Part shown: piece after piece, positions 12,709 through 24,208 of the stretch
Layout of the letters: each line of letters begins with the position of its first letter
Position numbering within the stretch: the first letter of the stretch is position 1
Translations under genes and position numbers: made by a program
Source: Fonticula alba ATCC 38817
Taxonomy: Eukaryota; Protista; Nucleariida
NCBI GenBank assembly: GCA_000388065.2
Contig: KB932205.1
Strand: one strand, 5' to 3'
DNA: 38,683 nucleotides
Notes under the pieces: model-generated
Told to the model about the DNA's origin: nothing
Databases searched by the model: none
The model's input: the letters and a program-made list of their open reading frames with translations, nothing else

Positions 12709-15070
12709 GCGCGCATTCTTGCTCCCCTCATTCAGTGGAGCCCCCCCCGGTCCGACCAGGGAGGCTCAAGACAACGCACCGCAGGAACTTGACGCTCAGG
12801 ACATCGCGGAAGTTGATCATCACCGTCGGCCGCGGGACATAGAGCAAGCCATTGCGCACGGGGTAAAGGCGCCCACCACCGAAGGCCTTGTAAGAGCACT
12901 TGATGCCGCCCCAGCCCTCGGCCGGGGGGAGGAACTTGGCACTGTCCTCATCGTCCGGGACCGGCATGGTAAGCGGCACAGGCAGCGACACGGCCACCGA
13001 GGCCAGGCCGGTGAGGAGATCATGCAGGATTGACCCGAGGGGGCGGTTCTCGTAGAGGTCCTGCACCATCGGCACCCCAGGGGCATGCTTCGACCGGATC
13101 AGCAACTTCTCGCGGACTTCGCTGTGGGCGCGTGGCGGCGCGGGAGAACACACACGTGGGTTGTCAGAGGGGGGCACTACAAGGGCCTTCGGCGCCGAAG
13201 GGAGGGGGGGGGGGGGGGGGGGCGACGTAGGGCTGCAGCAATGGCAGTGGCGGTGGTCGACGTACTCCGTGAGGCTGACTTCGACAGTGCGGTAGTCCTC
13301 GCCGAGGGGAAGGGCATCCGGCATGCCGGGGCGAACCCAGAAGCCCGGGACACTGATAATGACATACTCGTAGGAGGTCTGCCCCTGGAGGATGGGGGTC
13401 TTCAGACCAAGCTACCGCGATGGGAATGGAGCAGGCCAGGACCACGTCAGGCTGGAGCAGAGTGGGGCATGTGGCCATGATGCTCTGAACCGGGTGCATG
13501 GCAAGGTGTCACGCTGGCGACGTACCACATAGTAGACTGTCTCCTCCTCGTAGTCGGTGGACGAGTCGCCCATCGGCAGGCGCAGCGCCGTGAGGATCTG
13601 CTCATACTTGATGCGGTGGGTGTAGGTTTTTCCATGCAGACGCAGGAAGTCCTCGTAGAACACCACATCGAAGCGGCCACTGTCGGGGGCGGTGGCAACG
13701 GCGGGGAGAGGGCAGGCAGGGTGTTGTTAGGGAGGCGAGGCACACGCCGAACGACCGACATGGGAAGATGCACGCACCGGGGAATCAGCAGCGACAGCTC
13801 ACTCAGGGTGGCAATCTTGGAGCTGGCCCCCGAGGCGGCGAGGCCGAACGCGCCACCGCCCTCAGCCTCGATGCGCTCCTTCACATGTTCGTAGAAGATC
13901 TGTTCCGATCAGCCACACGGGCGCAGGAGGTCAGTGATGAAAGGATAACAACAAAAGCAGGGGCAGTCATGGGAGCATGCTGGCGGCGTACCCCGGCCGA
14001 GGTAAGGGCGCCACGGTTGGTGGTCTCGGCACCCTCATCATCGTCGGTGACATTGGTGTCATCCTCATCGGCACTGGGCTTCGGCACACCGCTGGCGCCC
14101 TGGGGCACAAAGAAGCGGATGTCCACCAGCTGTTCGGAATTGGACCGGGCATCGGCCACCGGCTTCATCTCCAGGGTCACCTCATTCTTCATGATGGTTG
14201 TGGAGATGATGTCCGAGTAGGGCAGCAGGAAGAGCTCGCGCTGGGCCGAGGTCATGACCATGTGCGAATCTAAGCACACACACACGGGATGGGGTGAAGG
14301 GGAGGAGGGGGGGGGGGGGCGCAAGAGGGACAGTGTGGAGCGGGTCAGCCAGGCCCGGGGAGATGGAAAGGGGGGGGGGGGCGTAATGTAGAGGAGCCGA
14401 GTGGCGGCACGCACGCTTGAAGTCCACGTCACCCCAGTTGTGCCCGCGGACGTTGTGCTCGACCGGGGTCAGCTCCAAATCGTAGTTCTGCCGAGTAAAG
14501 CGCCCGATGATGGTGATGTCCTACGGCAGGCAAGAGAGAGAGAGAGTTGATGATCAGGGCGGGTAGATGATCTGGTCAGACAGTGGGAGGGCGATGTGTG
14601 ATGGTGGTACACGCTCCCCCGCCCGCATGGGAGGCGCCGGGACGCACATCACGAGTGAAACCCTCGAAGCGATGGACATTGCCGTCGTTCAGCTCGACAC
14701 GCAGCTGGTTCCCCCGGCTGGCCGCCTTGCTGTAGGTGACGCGGCGGATGTTGGCCGCCTGGATGGGCAGGAAGGACACCTCAGTCGAGTCGGTGGCCCC
14801 AGCTCCGGAGCCGCCGACCGACTGGGCGGTTGGCTGCTCGCTCGACTGGAAGGCCAGGCCTTTGACGCTGACCTTGAAACGGCCACGCGTCTGTGAGGGA
14901 GGGGGGGAGGAGCAGGGTGGTAGGAGTCAGTATTGCATGACAAGGTAGTCATCTGGCGATGGCTCAGTCTGGCCAAAGCAGCAGCAGTAGCAGCAGCAGT
15001 AGCATGTCAATAGAGGTACCTTGTTGGCGTAAATGATTTTGTCAAAGAGATGCGACTCGGGCTGGTCCAT
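12082..15070 (-). CDS. SSRP1: FACT complex subunit SSRP1/Pob3 (599 aa, 10 exons, no HMG box)
   Basis: Exons 15070-15020, 14890-14648, 14520-14415, 14269-13992, 13899-13778, 13679-13526, 13411-13266, 13121-12780, 12559-12461, 12340-12082 total 1800 nt, all GT-AG and in phase. Motifs NVRGHNWGD, KNEVTLE, LVDIRFFVP, PRGRFDV...LRLHGKTYTHRI, TPILQGQTSY, IKCSYKA...LYPV, TFDV, and an acidic tail. Confidence 0.93.
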
Positions 15071-15979
15071 GGTGCCGGGTGCGTATGATGGAGGGCCGGA
15101 GGAGGAGGAAGGAGGCCGGGCGCGCGCGCAGGTCTTCAGCGCCAGAGAGCAGGCAGGAGGATGAAGAGGGGGGGGGGAGGACAGAAAAATACAAGGAGAG
15201 GGGAGAGAGAGGGAGAGGAGAGGGGTGTGTAAGGACAGGTCTCCCCAACGTGGCAGCCACGCGCCGACGGGAGGCGCCTCTTCAGCCGTCAGTCTTGGCG
15301 GCGGCGGCGGCGGCGGCGGCGACAGCGGCGACGGCGAATGCTCGGGATGGCTTCCCCGCGCTAGCTGTTTTCGGAGGGGACCAAGTCGTGGGCCGCGGTA
15401 GTCAGCCAGTCCTGCAGATGGGGCGAGGGGGGGGGGGGGGNNNNNNNNNNNNNNNNNNNNNNNNNNNNNNNNNNNNNNNNNNNNNNNNNNNNNNNNNNNN
15501 NNNNNNNNNNNNGGGGGCAGCCACATTGGGAGGATGGGTGCTTGTTGCACCGCACTGCTGTCCTGTTCCTTCGTGTCCTGGCAGACAGCAAGAGACGGGG
15601 TCAGTCTCCCCCTGCCTTTCTTCGCGCCAGGCTTTCATTTGTTGTGAATATCGATTCACACACACACACACACACACACGTCCACACCCCTCCCCACGCC
15701 ATGCTTGGTTTCTAGGCATGCTCATTGTGCATGCATATCCGTGTGCCCATCGCCCCTCCCCTCTGCCCCCCTTCCACCCTCCACAATGGCCGACCGCGGC
15801 TGGTCGGCCTCTTTCAATGCTCTTGAGTGTATATGTATGTGTTGGGGTGGTGGTAATGGCGGCGATGGAGATCCCCCGATGTGGCGACTCGGGCCCCCTT
15901 CTTCCCGCCTCCGCTTCCTCCTCCTCCTCTCACGCCCTGGGCCAGGACAGGGGGGAACGCACGCGACGCGGATGCGACA

Positions 15980-16022
<43 letters not shown>

Positions 16023-17722
16023 GGGGGGGGGGCCCGGGAGGGAGGGCAACCACCATCCCGGCGGTTGGTGGTCGCGGAGGCNNNNNNNNNNNNNNNNNNN
16101 NNNNNNNNNNNNNNNNNNNNNNNNNNNNNNNNNNNNNNNNNNNNNNNNNNNNNNNNNNNNNNNNNNNNNNNNNNNNNNNNNNNNNNNNNNNNNNNNNNNN
16201 NNNNNNNNNNNNNNNNNNNNNNNNNNNNNNNNNNNNNNNNNNNNNNNNNNNNNNNNNNNNNNNNNNNNNNNNNNNNNNNNNNNNNNNNNNNNNNNNNNNN
16301 NNNNNNNNNNNNNNNNNNNNNNNNNNNNNNNNNNNNNNNNNNNNNNNNNNNNNNNNNNNNNNNNNNNNNNNNNNNNNNNNNNNNNNNNNNNNNNNNNNNN
16401 NNNNNNNNNNNNNNNNNNNNNNNNNNNNNNNNNNNNNNNNNNNNNNNNNNNNNNNNNNNNNNNNNNNNNNNNNNNNNNNNNNNNNNNNNNNNNNNNNNNN
16501 NNNNNNNNNNNNNNNNNNNNNNNNNNNNNNNNNNNNNNNNNNNNNNNNNNNNNNNNNNNNNNNNNNNNNNNNNNNNNNNNNNNNNNGGGGGGGGGGGGGG
16601 GGGGGGGGACGCGCGGGTGTGGGGGGAACTTGAAAAGTAACGAGCTGCCAATGGGTCGGCAGTATCGCCGACTTCTGGCGCAACGGGCACATGACCCCTC
16701 GAGGATCACGTCGGGGTGCTACATTTGAACCTCGCGGATTCCGCCCCAGGCGGCGCCCCCGGCCCTGGTGGTGTCTGTCTCTTCCCGTGTGTGTGTGCCA
16801 GATGGGGGAGGGGACCGGGACAAGTGGCGAGGGGCCTGGGTGCGGGCATGTGGTCCGCGTCTCCCCCCCTACGGGCCTTCCTTTTTCTGACCTTCATGAG
16901 GACCTTCCATGCGTTCAGTGTTGCTCTTTCTCTGGGCACCGCGAAGACGGAGCACAGGGGGTCCGAGTGGCGCATCCGACCGTGTCGGTGGGTGCCGGCC
17001 GCAAAAAGGGGTGGCGAGCATTGCGTCAGGGCGAGCGTTGCCGCATCCCGCATCAGGGGCGGGTCTCCCGTGGTCGGCTCGGCGATCTGCCCCCCCCCCC
17101 CCTTTCCCCGCACGCGTGTGGTGTACGACATCGCTGGCACGCGTGTGTTTGCGGGAGCCGCCTTCCTGTGGCCCCCCCCCCCCCCTCAGCGTGAGGGGCC
17201 GGTGGCACCTCGCTTTCTCTCCCTCGCTCGCTCTCTTTCGCTCTTTTAATTTGGCTCCAGCATGTCCAGATTGTTTGTGGTCCCAGGACTGCACAGCCAC
17301 TCTCGGGGACCAGCCAAAGGAGTGTCCGCCCCATCGGGCCTGGGCATCCCCCCCTGATGCCCGGTTTTGAGGTCGGCCCCCCTGCCCCCCCCCCCGCCCG
17401 CCACCGGGCTGACGCGTGTGCCCTGGTGGTCGCGCGGGCTGCGTCCACGGGTGGCAGCTCCCCCCCCCCCCCCCCCCCCCCCCCATCCACCCCCCCGGCG
17501 GCCAGGAAGGCCGCGGCCCCGGGCGACGAGGTGGCCCGGTTCCCGGCGGAGGGCCCCGCCGAGGGCAACTCATCCAGCCGGGTGAGCATCAGCCAGCCGG
17601 ACCGCTCGGACATGCTCACCTCCAGCGCCCTCGCCCCGCCCCCCCCGCTCCGGTTGCGGGCTGTTGTTGCTGGTGACCTTCGGCGTGTGCGTGTACGCAG
17701 CCCTCCGGCTCTTCGCCACTGC

Positions 17723-17776
<54 letters not shown>

Positions 17777-18144
17777 CGACGCTCGCCCGCCCGCCCCATG
17801 GAGGGGAGCGCCGGCCTCGAGGCTCTTTTACCATGGTGGGCCCCTCCGTGTCGACCCCCCTCCCCCCCCCCCCTCGGCTGCAGCCCGGGCTGCGGCGCCT
17901 GCCTCTGATGAGAGGGCGATCTCCGCGCCCCTCGGGGGCCGCCCCTCGAAAGATGTCCAGTAATCAGAGGTGATCATCACTACCGCTTCCCCTTTCCACT
18001 CTATTCCCCCCTCCCTCCCTTTCGCCCCTCCCCCCACCCCCTATTCTCAGCGCGCTTGCTCCCATCCGGCACAGGCCCAGCTCCGAATCCACCTCTTGAT
18101 TCCTCTCTCTCTCTCTCTCTCTCCCCTTCCCCTCTATCGCCGCC

Positions 18145-20429
18145 ATGTCCGCCGATACTGCCGCCGCCGAGCCGATCGAGCTCACCATGGCCCGCATCAT
18201 CATCAAAGCCCTGGACGACTTGAAGCATGTGCGACTCTCCGCGTCTGTCCGCACGCGAACATACGCCTGCGACCACGCCCACATTCACGCCCCCCCCCCC
18301 CCCCCCCCCCCGCGCGCGCGCTAACGTGCTGGCCACGCCCCCGCCTGCTCCTCCATGCTCCAGGGCTCGCGATCGGAGTTCGACATTGTTGTCAAGTCTT
18401 TGGTCAACGAACAGGAGCCCGAGGGCCTCAAGCGCTGGATCGTTGCCCTCATCCAATGCGTCTCCTCTATCACTCCCTCGTGCGCCTCGGTCCCTCCTCC
18501 CTCCTCCCCTCCTCGCTCTGCGTGCGAAGATTGTGATCGGCTGCCCACTGACGCCATCTTTTCATGTTGACCAGTGCTGGTGACCTGGTTTCGGCCATCC
18601 TCTCCATGGAGTGGGTCTTGAGCGACCATCATCATGTGTCCCTGTACCTGGAGCTGATCGAGCAGCTCCTCGCTTGTAACGCGTCCTTTTCGGTGGCCTG
18701 TCTGCGGATGATCGTGTCCAATTTCGGCTTCGGTATGTTATCTGCGGCCCGATGGCCACCTCCTCTCCCGTCCATCTGGCTAACCCCCCTCCTTCCCGCG
18801 GCTCTTTCGCCCTCTTTCCCCTCCTCCTACCGCAGCCAATGGGCAACTTGTGCGTGAGGCTGCCAACATGCGGATCCTCCGATCTGCGGTCATGCCGGAG
18901 TCGCTGCTCGCGCCGCACGACGGATCACAGGCCCCTTCGGCCACCCCGGACGGTATTCCCGACACGATTGAGGCCGCCTTCGAGCGGGTACATTCGGCTC
19001 TGGCCTCGGCGTGCAAGATTGTCCCTGTGGCCAAGCTTCAGCTTCCGGAGATCCTGGCTGAGTTCTATCCTCACAAGGCGTATGTCGAGGCGAATCCATG
19101 CATTGCACATGTTTCTGTCCCTCCTCCTCCTCCTCCTCCTCCTCCTCCTCCTCCTCCTCCTGACACTGACATGCTGCCCCATTTGCCTCCCTCCCTGGCC
19201 AACCCCCCCGCCCCCCCCCCCAAATTCATAGTCTCGATACCGCTGCGCACTTCTGGTATATGCAGAATCTCCTGCGCATCGTGGATTACCTGCCTGACTT
19301 GTTGGACTGCGTCCTGGATCTCTTCCTGCAGCGTCTGGTGCAGATTGACGTCGAGCTCCAGCTGGATGCCGACGAGATCTCGCAGGTGGTGCAGTATGTG
19401 GCGCAATTGGAGCAGCACCGCGCGGCGGCCCTGCAGCAGCAGCAGCAGCAGCAGCAGAGCGACACGCCCGAGATGCGCAACAGCCATTCACCCAATGGCG
19501 AGCCCATGACCGAGGCCGATCTGGCGGAGGCCCTGGTCCTGCCGCCGGATGTGGCCAATGCCCATGCCCTGGTGCTCAAGATTGATACTCTCTTGAAGAT
19601 CGCCTTCGATTTCCTGAACAACTGGTGCGTGCTGCCTCTTTTCTCTGGCCTCAGCCAGCTACCCATGTTGCTTCGGCCGGGTCCCGCCGCCCGCCGCCTG
19701 TCGTCCGCCGCCCGCCGCCACGCTCACACTCATTCCCATACTTACCACACATGTCGTGTGTGCATGGACACACACACACACACATAGCCATCAGCATCTT
19801 GATGAGGCTACCTGCCTGAAGGTTTTGCAGGCACTGCTCCGGCCCTTTGAGCGGTATGTCGTGCCGACCAATCAATCGCGCTTCGCGCAATTCCTGGTGT
19901 TCCACTTCGCCAGCCTGAGCCCGGCCCTGGCGCAGCACTTCATCACACACATGCAGCGTCTGCTGCTGGATCCGTCCAAGCCGCTGGTCTCGCGGCAGGC
20001 AGCCGCTTCCTACATTTCCTCCTTCCTGGCCCGGTCGCGAACGGTCACCGATGAGCACATCCTTTCCATCCTTGCGCTCTTCTCCGAGTGGCTGCACAAC
20101 TATCAGCAAAGCTTCGAAGGGTCGCCGGACTTCTCCACTGCATTGAACCCGCTGCGGCATTCGCTCTTCTACTTCATCTGCCAGGCGCTTTTCTATGTGT
20201 TCTGCTTCCATCATGCGCGAATTGTGGCCGCCCCCGGTGGCGGGGTCCAGTTTGTCCGGTCTCTCAGCTGGTCGCGCCTCATCAACAGCCGGTTGAATCC
20301 CCTGCGCATCTGTTCGCCGAGCGTGGTCGACGAGTTTGCCACCATCACCCAGCGTCTGGAGATCGCCTACTGTTTTGTCATCATCAAGCAGAATCGCTCG
20401 CACTTGGGCTTCAGCAGCGCGGTGTGTTC

Positions 20430-20461
<32 letters not shown>

Positions 20462-21099
20462 GTCTCCTCTTCTCTAACCCCCTGTCCATGCGTCTTTCTT
20501 CTCCTGCCTTCCTCCCTGCCTTCCTCCCTGCCTTCCTCCCGACTTCCTTGCAGTCCTCCACCGTGGACTTTAGTTCCTTCTTCACCTTCGAGCCGTATGG
20601 TCTGCCACAGACCCGGCACTTTGTGGACCCCTACTTCATCACTTGGCAGGATGTCCAGCAAGTCGGGACGGGCACCACCGGGTCAGCGGCCGCGGAGGCG
20701 GTAGCCCATCACCCGCCGGGAGCTGTTAGTGCCCCGACGTCTCCCACGTTGGCCGGCATGCCGACCCTGTCCTCGGCCCTGGCGCCAGGAGCCTCTGAAG
20801 GGGGCAGCATCGCCAGCACCCCGTCACTGAACATCCCCCGGCCGACGGCCAACCCCTTTGCCGCTGAGCAGGGCATTTCGGCTGGGTCTTTCGATCCGCT
20901 GTCCCAGTCGCTCGGGTCTTACCAGGATGACTTTACCGATCTCATGGGCAGCCCGGAGTCCTCTTCCATGGGACAAGATCTGATGATCCGGATGCGCGGT
21001 GGGGCTTCACACGCGTCGACCGCCCTGGGGGGTGTTGCCTCCAGTGCCAACACCGCGCAGCACCGTGTCCAGGTGGGCTTCCATCTGCCGGGGAAATAG
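18145..21099 (+). CDS. RRN3: RNA polymerase I transcription initiation factor RRN3/TIF-IA (724 aa, 7 exons)
   Basis: Exons 18145-18228, 18364-18479, 18575-18732, 18836-19079, 19232-19624, 19788-20421, 20554-21099 total 2175 nt, in phase. Motifs LVSAILSMEW, FYPHK...YMQNLLRI, RLVQIDVE, VVPTNQSRFAQFL, RQAAASYISSFLAR, FYFICQALFYVFCF, LNPLRIC, FFTFEPYGL. The final exon boundary is less certain (possible donor near 21073). Confidence 0.92.
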
Positions 21100-21481
21100 G
21101 CTGCGAATTTCCTCCTCCCTCCCTCCCTCTCTCTCTCTCTCCCTCCCTCTCCCTCCCTCCCTCTCCCTCTCCCTCCCTCTTCTCCCCCCCCTTTCTCGGC
21201 TCTGCCCTTGGTTCTCGCTGGTCCGTCCCTTCTTTCCCCTCCCTGCCCCCGCGATTGTCCGATCGCGAGCTCAGTCCTTGTCCGTCCTTCACACACACGC
21301 ACACACTGCAAAACGCGCCATTCGCGTCGCACACATTGCTCAATACACCGCGCGCGCGCGCGCGTGCGCGCAAAAGCACTTCCTCCTCCCTTCCTGCTTC
21401 CAATTACTTCTTTGTAGGGAAACAGGGGAGGAACATGGTGTTGGCGATGTGGCGGTATGATGCGGCGTCGACGGCGGTGTA

Positions 21482-21552
21482 GTGGTGGCGATGGTGGTGG
21501 CGATGGTGGTGGCGATGGTGGTGGTGATGGTGGTGGTGGTGATGGTAGCGAT
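21482..21552 (+). repeat. Imperfect GGTGGTGGCGAT 12-mer / (GGT)n tandem repeat between the convergent RRN3 and APD-like 3' ends
   Basis: Direct reading of the sequence. Confidence 0.85.
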
Positions 21553-21603
21553 ATAGCAAAGCACAAGGGTGAGGGAGGTATCTATGCTCGCCCCGGTGGG
21601 GCA

Positions 21604-21609
21604 TTTATT
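21604..21609 (-). terminator. Candidate polyadenylation signal AATAAA of the APD-like gene
   Basis: TTTATT on the plus strand, about 240 nt downstream of the stop at 21846. Confidence 0.45.
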
Positions 21610-21845
21610 GTGAGGTACTGTTCCCCGGCCAGGGGCACGGAGGTGACATGCCGGCGTGCGCCTGGTCATGACTCGGCCAATCCCCTTTCCCTCTTGTCCG
21701 AGTGCGGCCGGAGGATGCAGACGCAGGTTCGGGCAGGGAGGGGAGAGGCGAGGACAGGAAAAGGGGCCACGTGGCAGGGTAGATGTGAAGAGAGGGTGAG
21801 AGGGGAGGAGGTCGCCCAGGATCATGTCGGGGAGCCGGGTCGCGG

Positions 21846-23729
21846 TCACTGGTACAGGTAGTCGCCGCCGACAAGCGATTCCGCCCCCTCCAGTAGCGGA
21901 ACGCGAAGTTCCGGGCGCACGTCGAACTCCTTGAGGAAGTGTGCCCGAATGCTAAGATAGGCAATGAGCAGACTGAAGAATAGGAATCCCAAGAGACCAC
22001 AAAAGAGCGTGGTCAGGGACCAGACCCGGCCATGGCGGCGGAGGTACCCCTCGACGTCGGTTTCATAGAAGTATCCCATGGGAGTTTGGTACACCAAGTA
22101 TGCCTGGGTCCCATACTCGAAGTCCACCTGGCAGTAGGAATCACACTCGAGGATGGCATCCTCCAGGGGGTAGGACCGAGCTTGCATGATTTGGCTGACA
22201 ACACACTCGCCGTCCATGTACGACTCGCTGGGATTGCTCAGGACAAAGAGGTATGGCGAGTTGGAGGACAGCTCGATGGTCCAGTTGCCGCGAGCGTGCG
22301 CGGTCACCGGCAGCTCCAGGGCATCGGAATAGTCGATGGCCCCGGTGCCACGGAACTCGGAGATGGTCCGCTCTCCGCGCAAGAGCATCAGCATCAGATC
22401 GGCCCCACTGCGATTGTTGTAGTGCACATCCAGCTGGCTGCCGGCCTTCACAAAGTACTCATTGGACACCGAGCGCCTGGGGTCCACGGTGTACGAGCGC
22501 GTGATGTTGGACGTGACGATGGCCGTGGGCCAGGGCTCATGATCGAAGACGAACATCTTCATGGGCTCCGGCGGCGGTCGCGGGGTGGGGGTGGGACTGG
22601 TGGTGGCGTCGTCGGTGCTCTGAATGCCGCCCGAGGTGTACTGGCGGTCCCGAGCATTCCCGGCCATGGCGGCAGCCATCGGGCTGCGCCGGGCATTGGT
22701 CCGGCCCAGGGAGAAGGGGCGCCCTTTGGTGGTCGGCGCGCCCTCGGCGAAGTCGCTGAAGGAGTTAAATTCCACAGCCATGTGGAAATTCGGACGAATA
22801 CGTTCGGCCAGGGATTGCGATGCCGGGGGCATGGCCCGGCTGAAGGTTCCCGGCATGGGCACCAGGATGAAGGTGGTCCCGAGGCCGACGAAGAAGGCGA
22901 TCAGTACCAGGAAGAAGGCCGTAGTCATGGCATTCTTCCGACGTCGGACGTGGTCGCGATAGGCATACGCCGCACGCAGGGGATTCATCTGAACCTGGGC
23001 ACCGGAGTCGAGAGAGGCATTGTAACGTTTCGGGGCCGAGTGCAGGAGATGCGCGTTCTCCGACACGAAGGCCGCCTCCAAGCGGGGGGATCGAGAGAAG
23101 GTCTCGGTTGCCCCGTGCCCCGGAGCGAAGCCACTCGCGTAAGTCGAAGGGGAGTAGGTGGGACCCGGTGCTGGGGCCGGAGTCGAGCCGAAGGCCGAGG
23201 CGGAGGCCGGGGCTTGGTTTGAGGGCATGGGAGCCAGCTCTGGTGAGACCACATTCTTGAGGCTGGGCCCCAGTAATGGCGGGNNNNNNNNNNGGGGGGG
23301 GGGGGGGGGGGGAGGGCAACCGAGGAGAGATAAGGGGCAAGAGAGGGAGAGGGACGGGGAGAGAGGAGAGGGATTGCATGTGTCAGCATGGATGGCAAGT
23401 GGACAGGAAACGCGCGTGCGCGCGTGCGCGCGGGGGAGGGGGGGGGGGGGAGGCTCTAACTGGGACCCATTTTGTCAGGCGCACAAGGTGTTGGATCGTT
23501 CACGCAGGGAGGGGTCATTGATTGTGGCTGCCCGACTCCGTTGCAGGGCCGCATGGTAGGCATCGCCATCAGGGCAAGGCCCAGTGTCTACGGCGAAGGA
23601 ACGGTGATCATCTGCCAGGAGGCTGGTGTTATCCGCATGAAAATCCACCTCCACGGACTGGTTGTCGGTGTCCTCGGGGTAGATAGCCGAGGGCCCGCCA
23701 TCGTCGCCCTGGATCGATCCGAGAGTCAT
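21846..23729 (-). CDS. Two-TM membrane protein with APD1-4-type (DUF4792/DUF4793-like) lumenal domain and no RING (about 553 aa)
   Basis: Exon 23729-23485 (ATG, donor GTGCGC) joins in phase to exon 23262-21846; the 'M' at 23252 in the ORF track is a GTG. TM1 is AFFLVLIAFFVGLGTTFILV and TM2 is WSLTTLFCGLLGFLFFSLLIAYLSI. The lumenal segment MKMFVFDHEP...EYFVKAGSQLDVHY...LMLMLLRG...YLFVLSN...ARSY...C...CQV...LVYQTP aligns by eye with plant APD E3 ligases. AATAAA on the minus strand at 21604-21609. Further 5' exons cannot be excluded. Confidence 0.75.
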
Positions 23730-23945
23730 GCGGCTTTCCCAGGGGGGGGGGGGGCGAGGGGTACGTGCGAGCGTGCGAGCGTGCGTAGGCCGAGCAAACG
23801 GTGGGCAAAGCTAGGATGTGCGGAGGGCAGGAGGCGGGTGGCATGGTCCAGGGCGACTGGCAGACACCGACCGAGTGGCTTCCTTTTCCGCGGGCGAAGG
23901 GGCCAGGAGTTCCCCCATCTGTGTGGGTGGCCCAAGCTGGGGCTC

Positions 23946-23950
23946 GTGTG

Positions 23951-23990
<40 letters not shown>
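23946..23990 (+). repeat. (TG)n microsatellite
   Basis: Direct reading of the sequence. Confidence 0.9.
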
Positions 23991-23994
<4 letters not shown>

Positions 23995-24096
23995 GCGTTC
24001 GCGGACAAGAAAGAGACGCGCAGGCATAGTGGGGGAGAGGAGCATCCGGGGGGGGGGGGCCGGGGCGGCGGGGGTGCCGGCCGCGGCACCACCACC

Positions 24097-24144
24097 GCCG
24101 GCAATCGAGTCGAGCTTGATCTCCAGCAGGGAGAGGCTGGTCTC

Positions 24145-24147
<3 letters not shown>
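24097..24147 (-). other. Short WASHC3/CCDC53-like coding fragment (LETSLSLLEIKLDSIAG), no complete gene recoverable
   Basis: The peptide matches the conserved CCDC53 coiled-coil end (ETTLxILxAKLxSIPG, from memory). It is bounded on its 5' side by a 61-nt G run (24147-24207). No flanking WASHC3 exons were recognised. Confidence 0.3.

Positions 24148-24207
<60 letters not shown>
24147..24207 (+). repeat. 61-nt poly-G homopolymer (G4-capable or assembly artefact)
   Basis: Direct reading. Similar poly-C runs occur at 15982-16020, 17460-17484 and 17724-17773. Confidence 0.9.

Positions 24208-24208
<1 letters not shown>

Noticed and set aside
15079-16728. 549-aa ORF and other ORFs spanning N runs
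   Set aside because: Their length comes from X residues and homopolymers, not from coding sequence.
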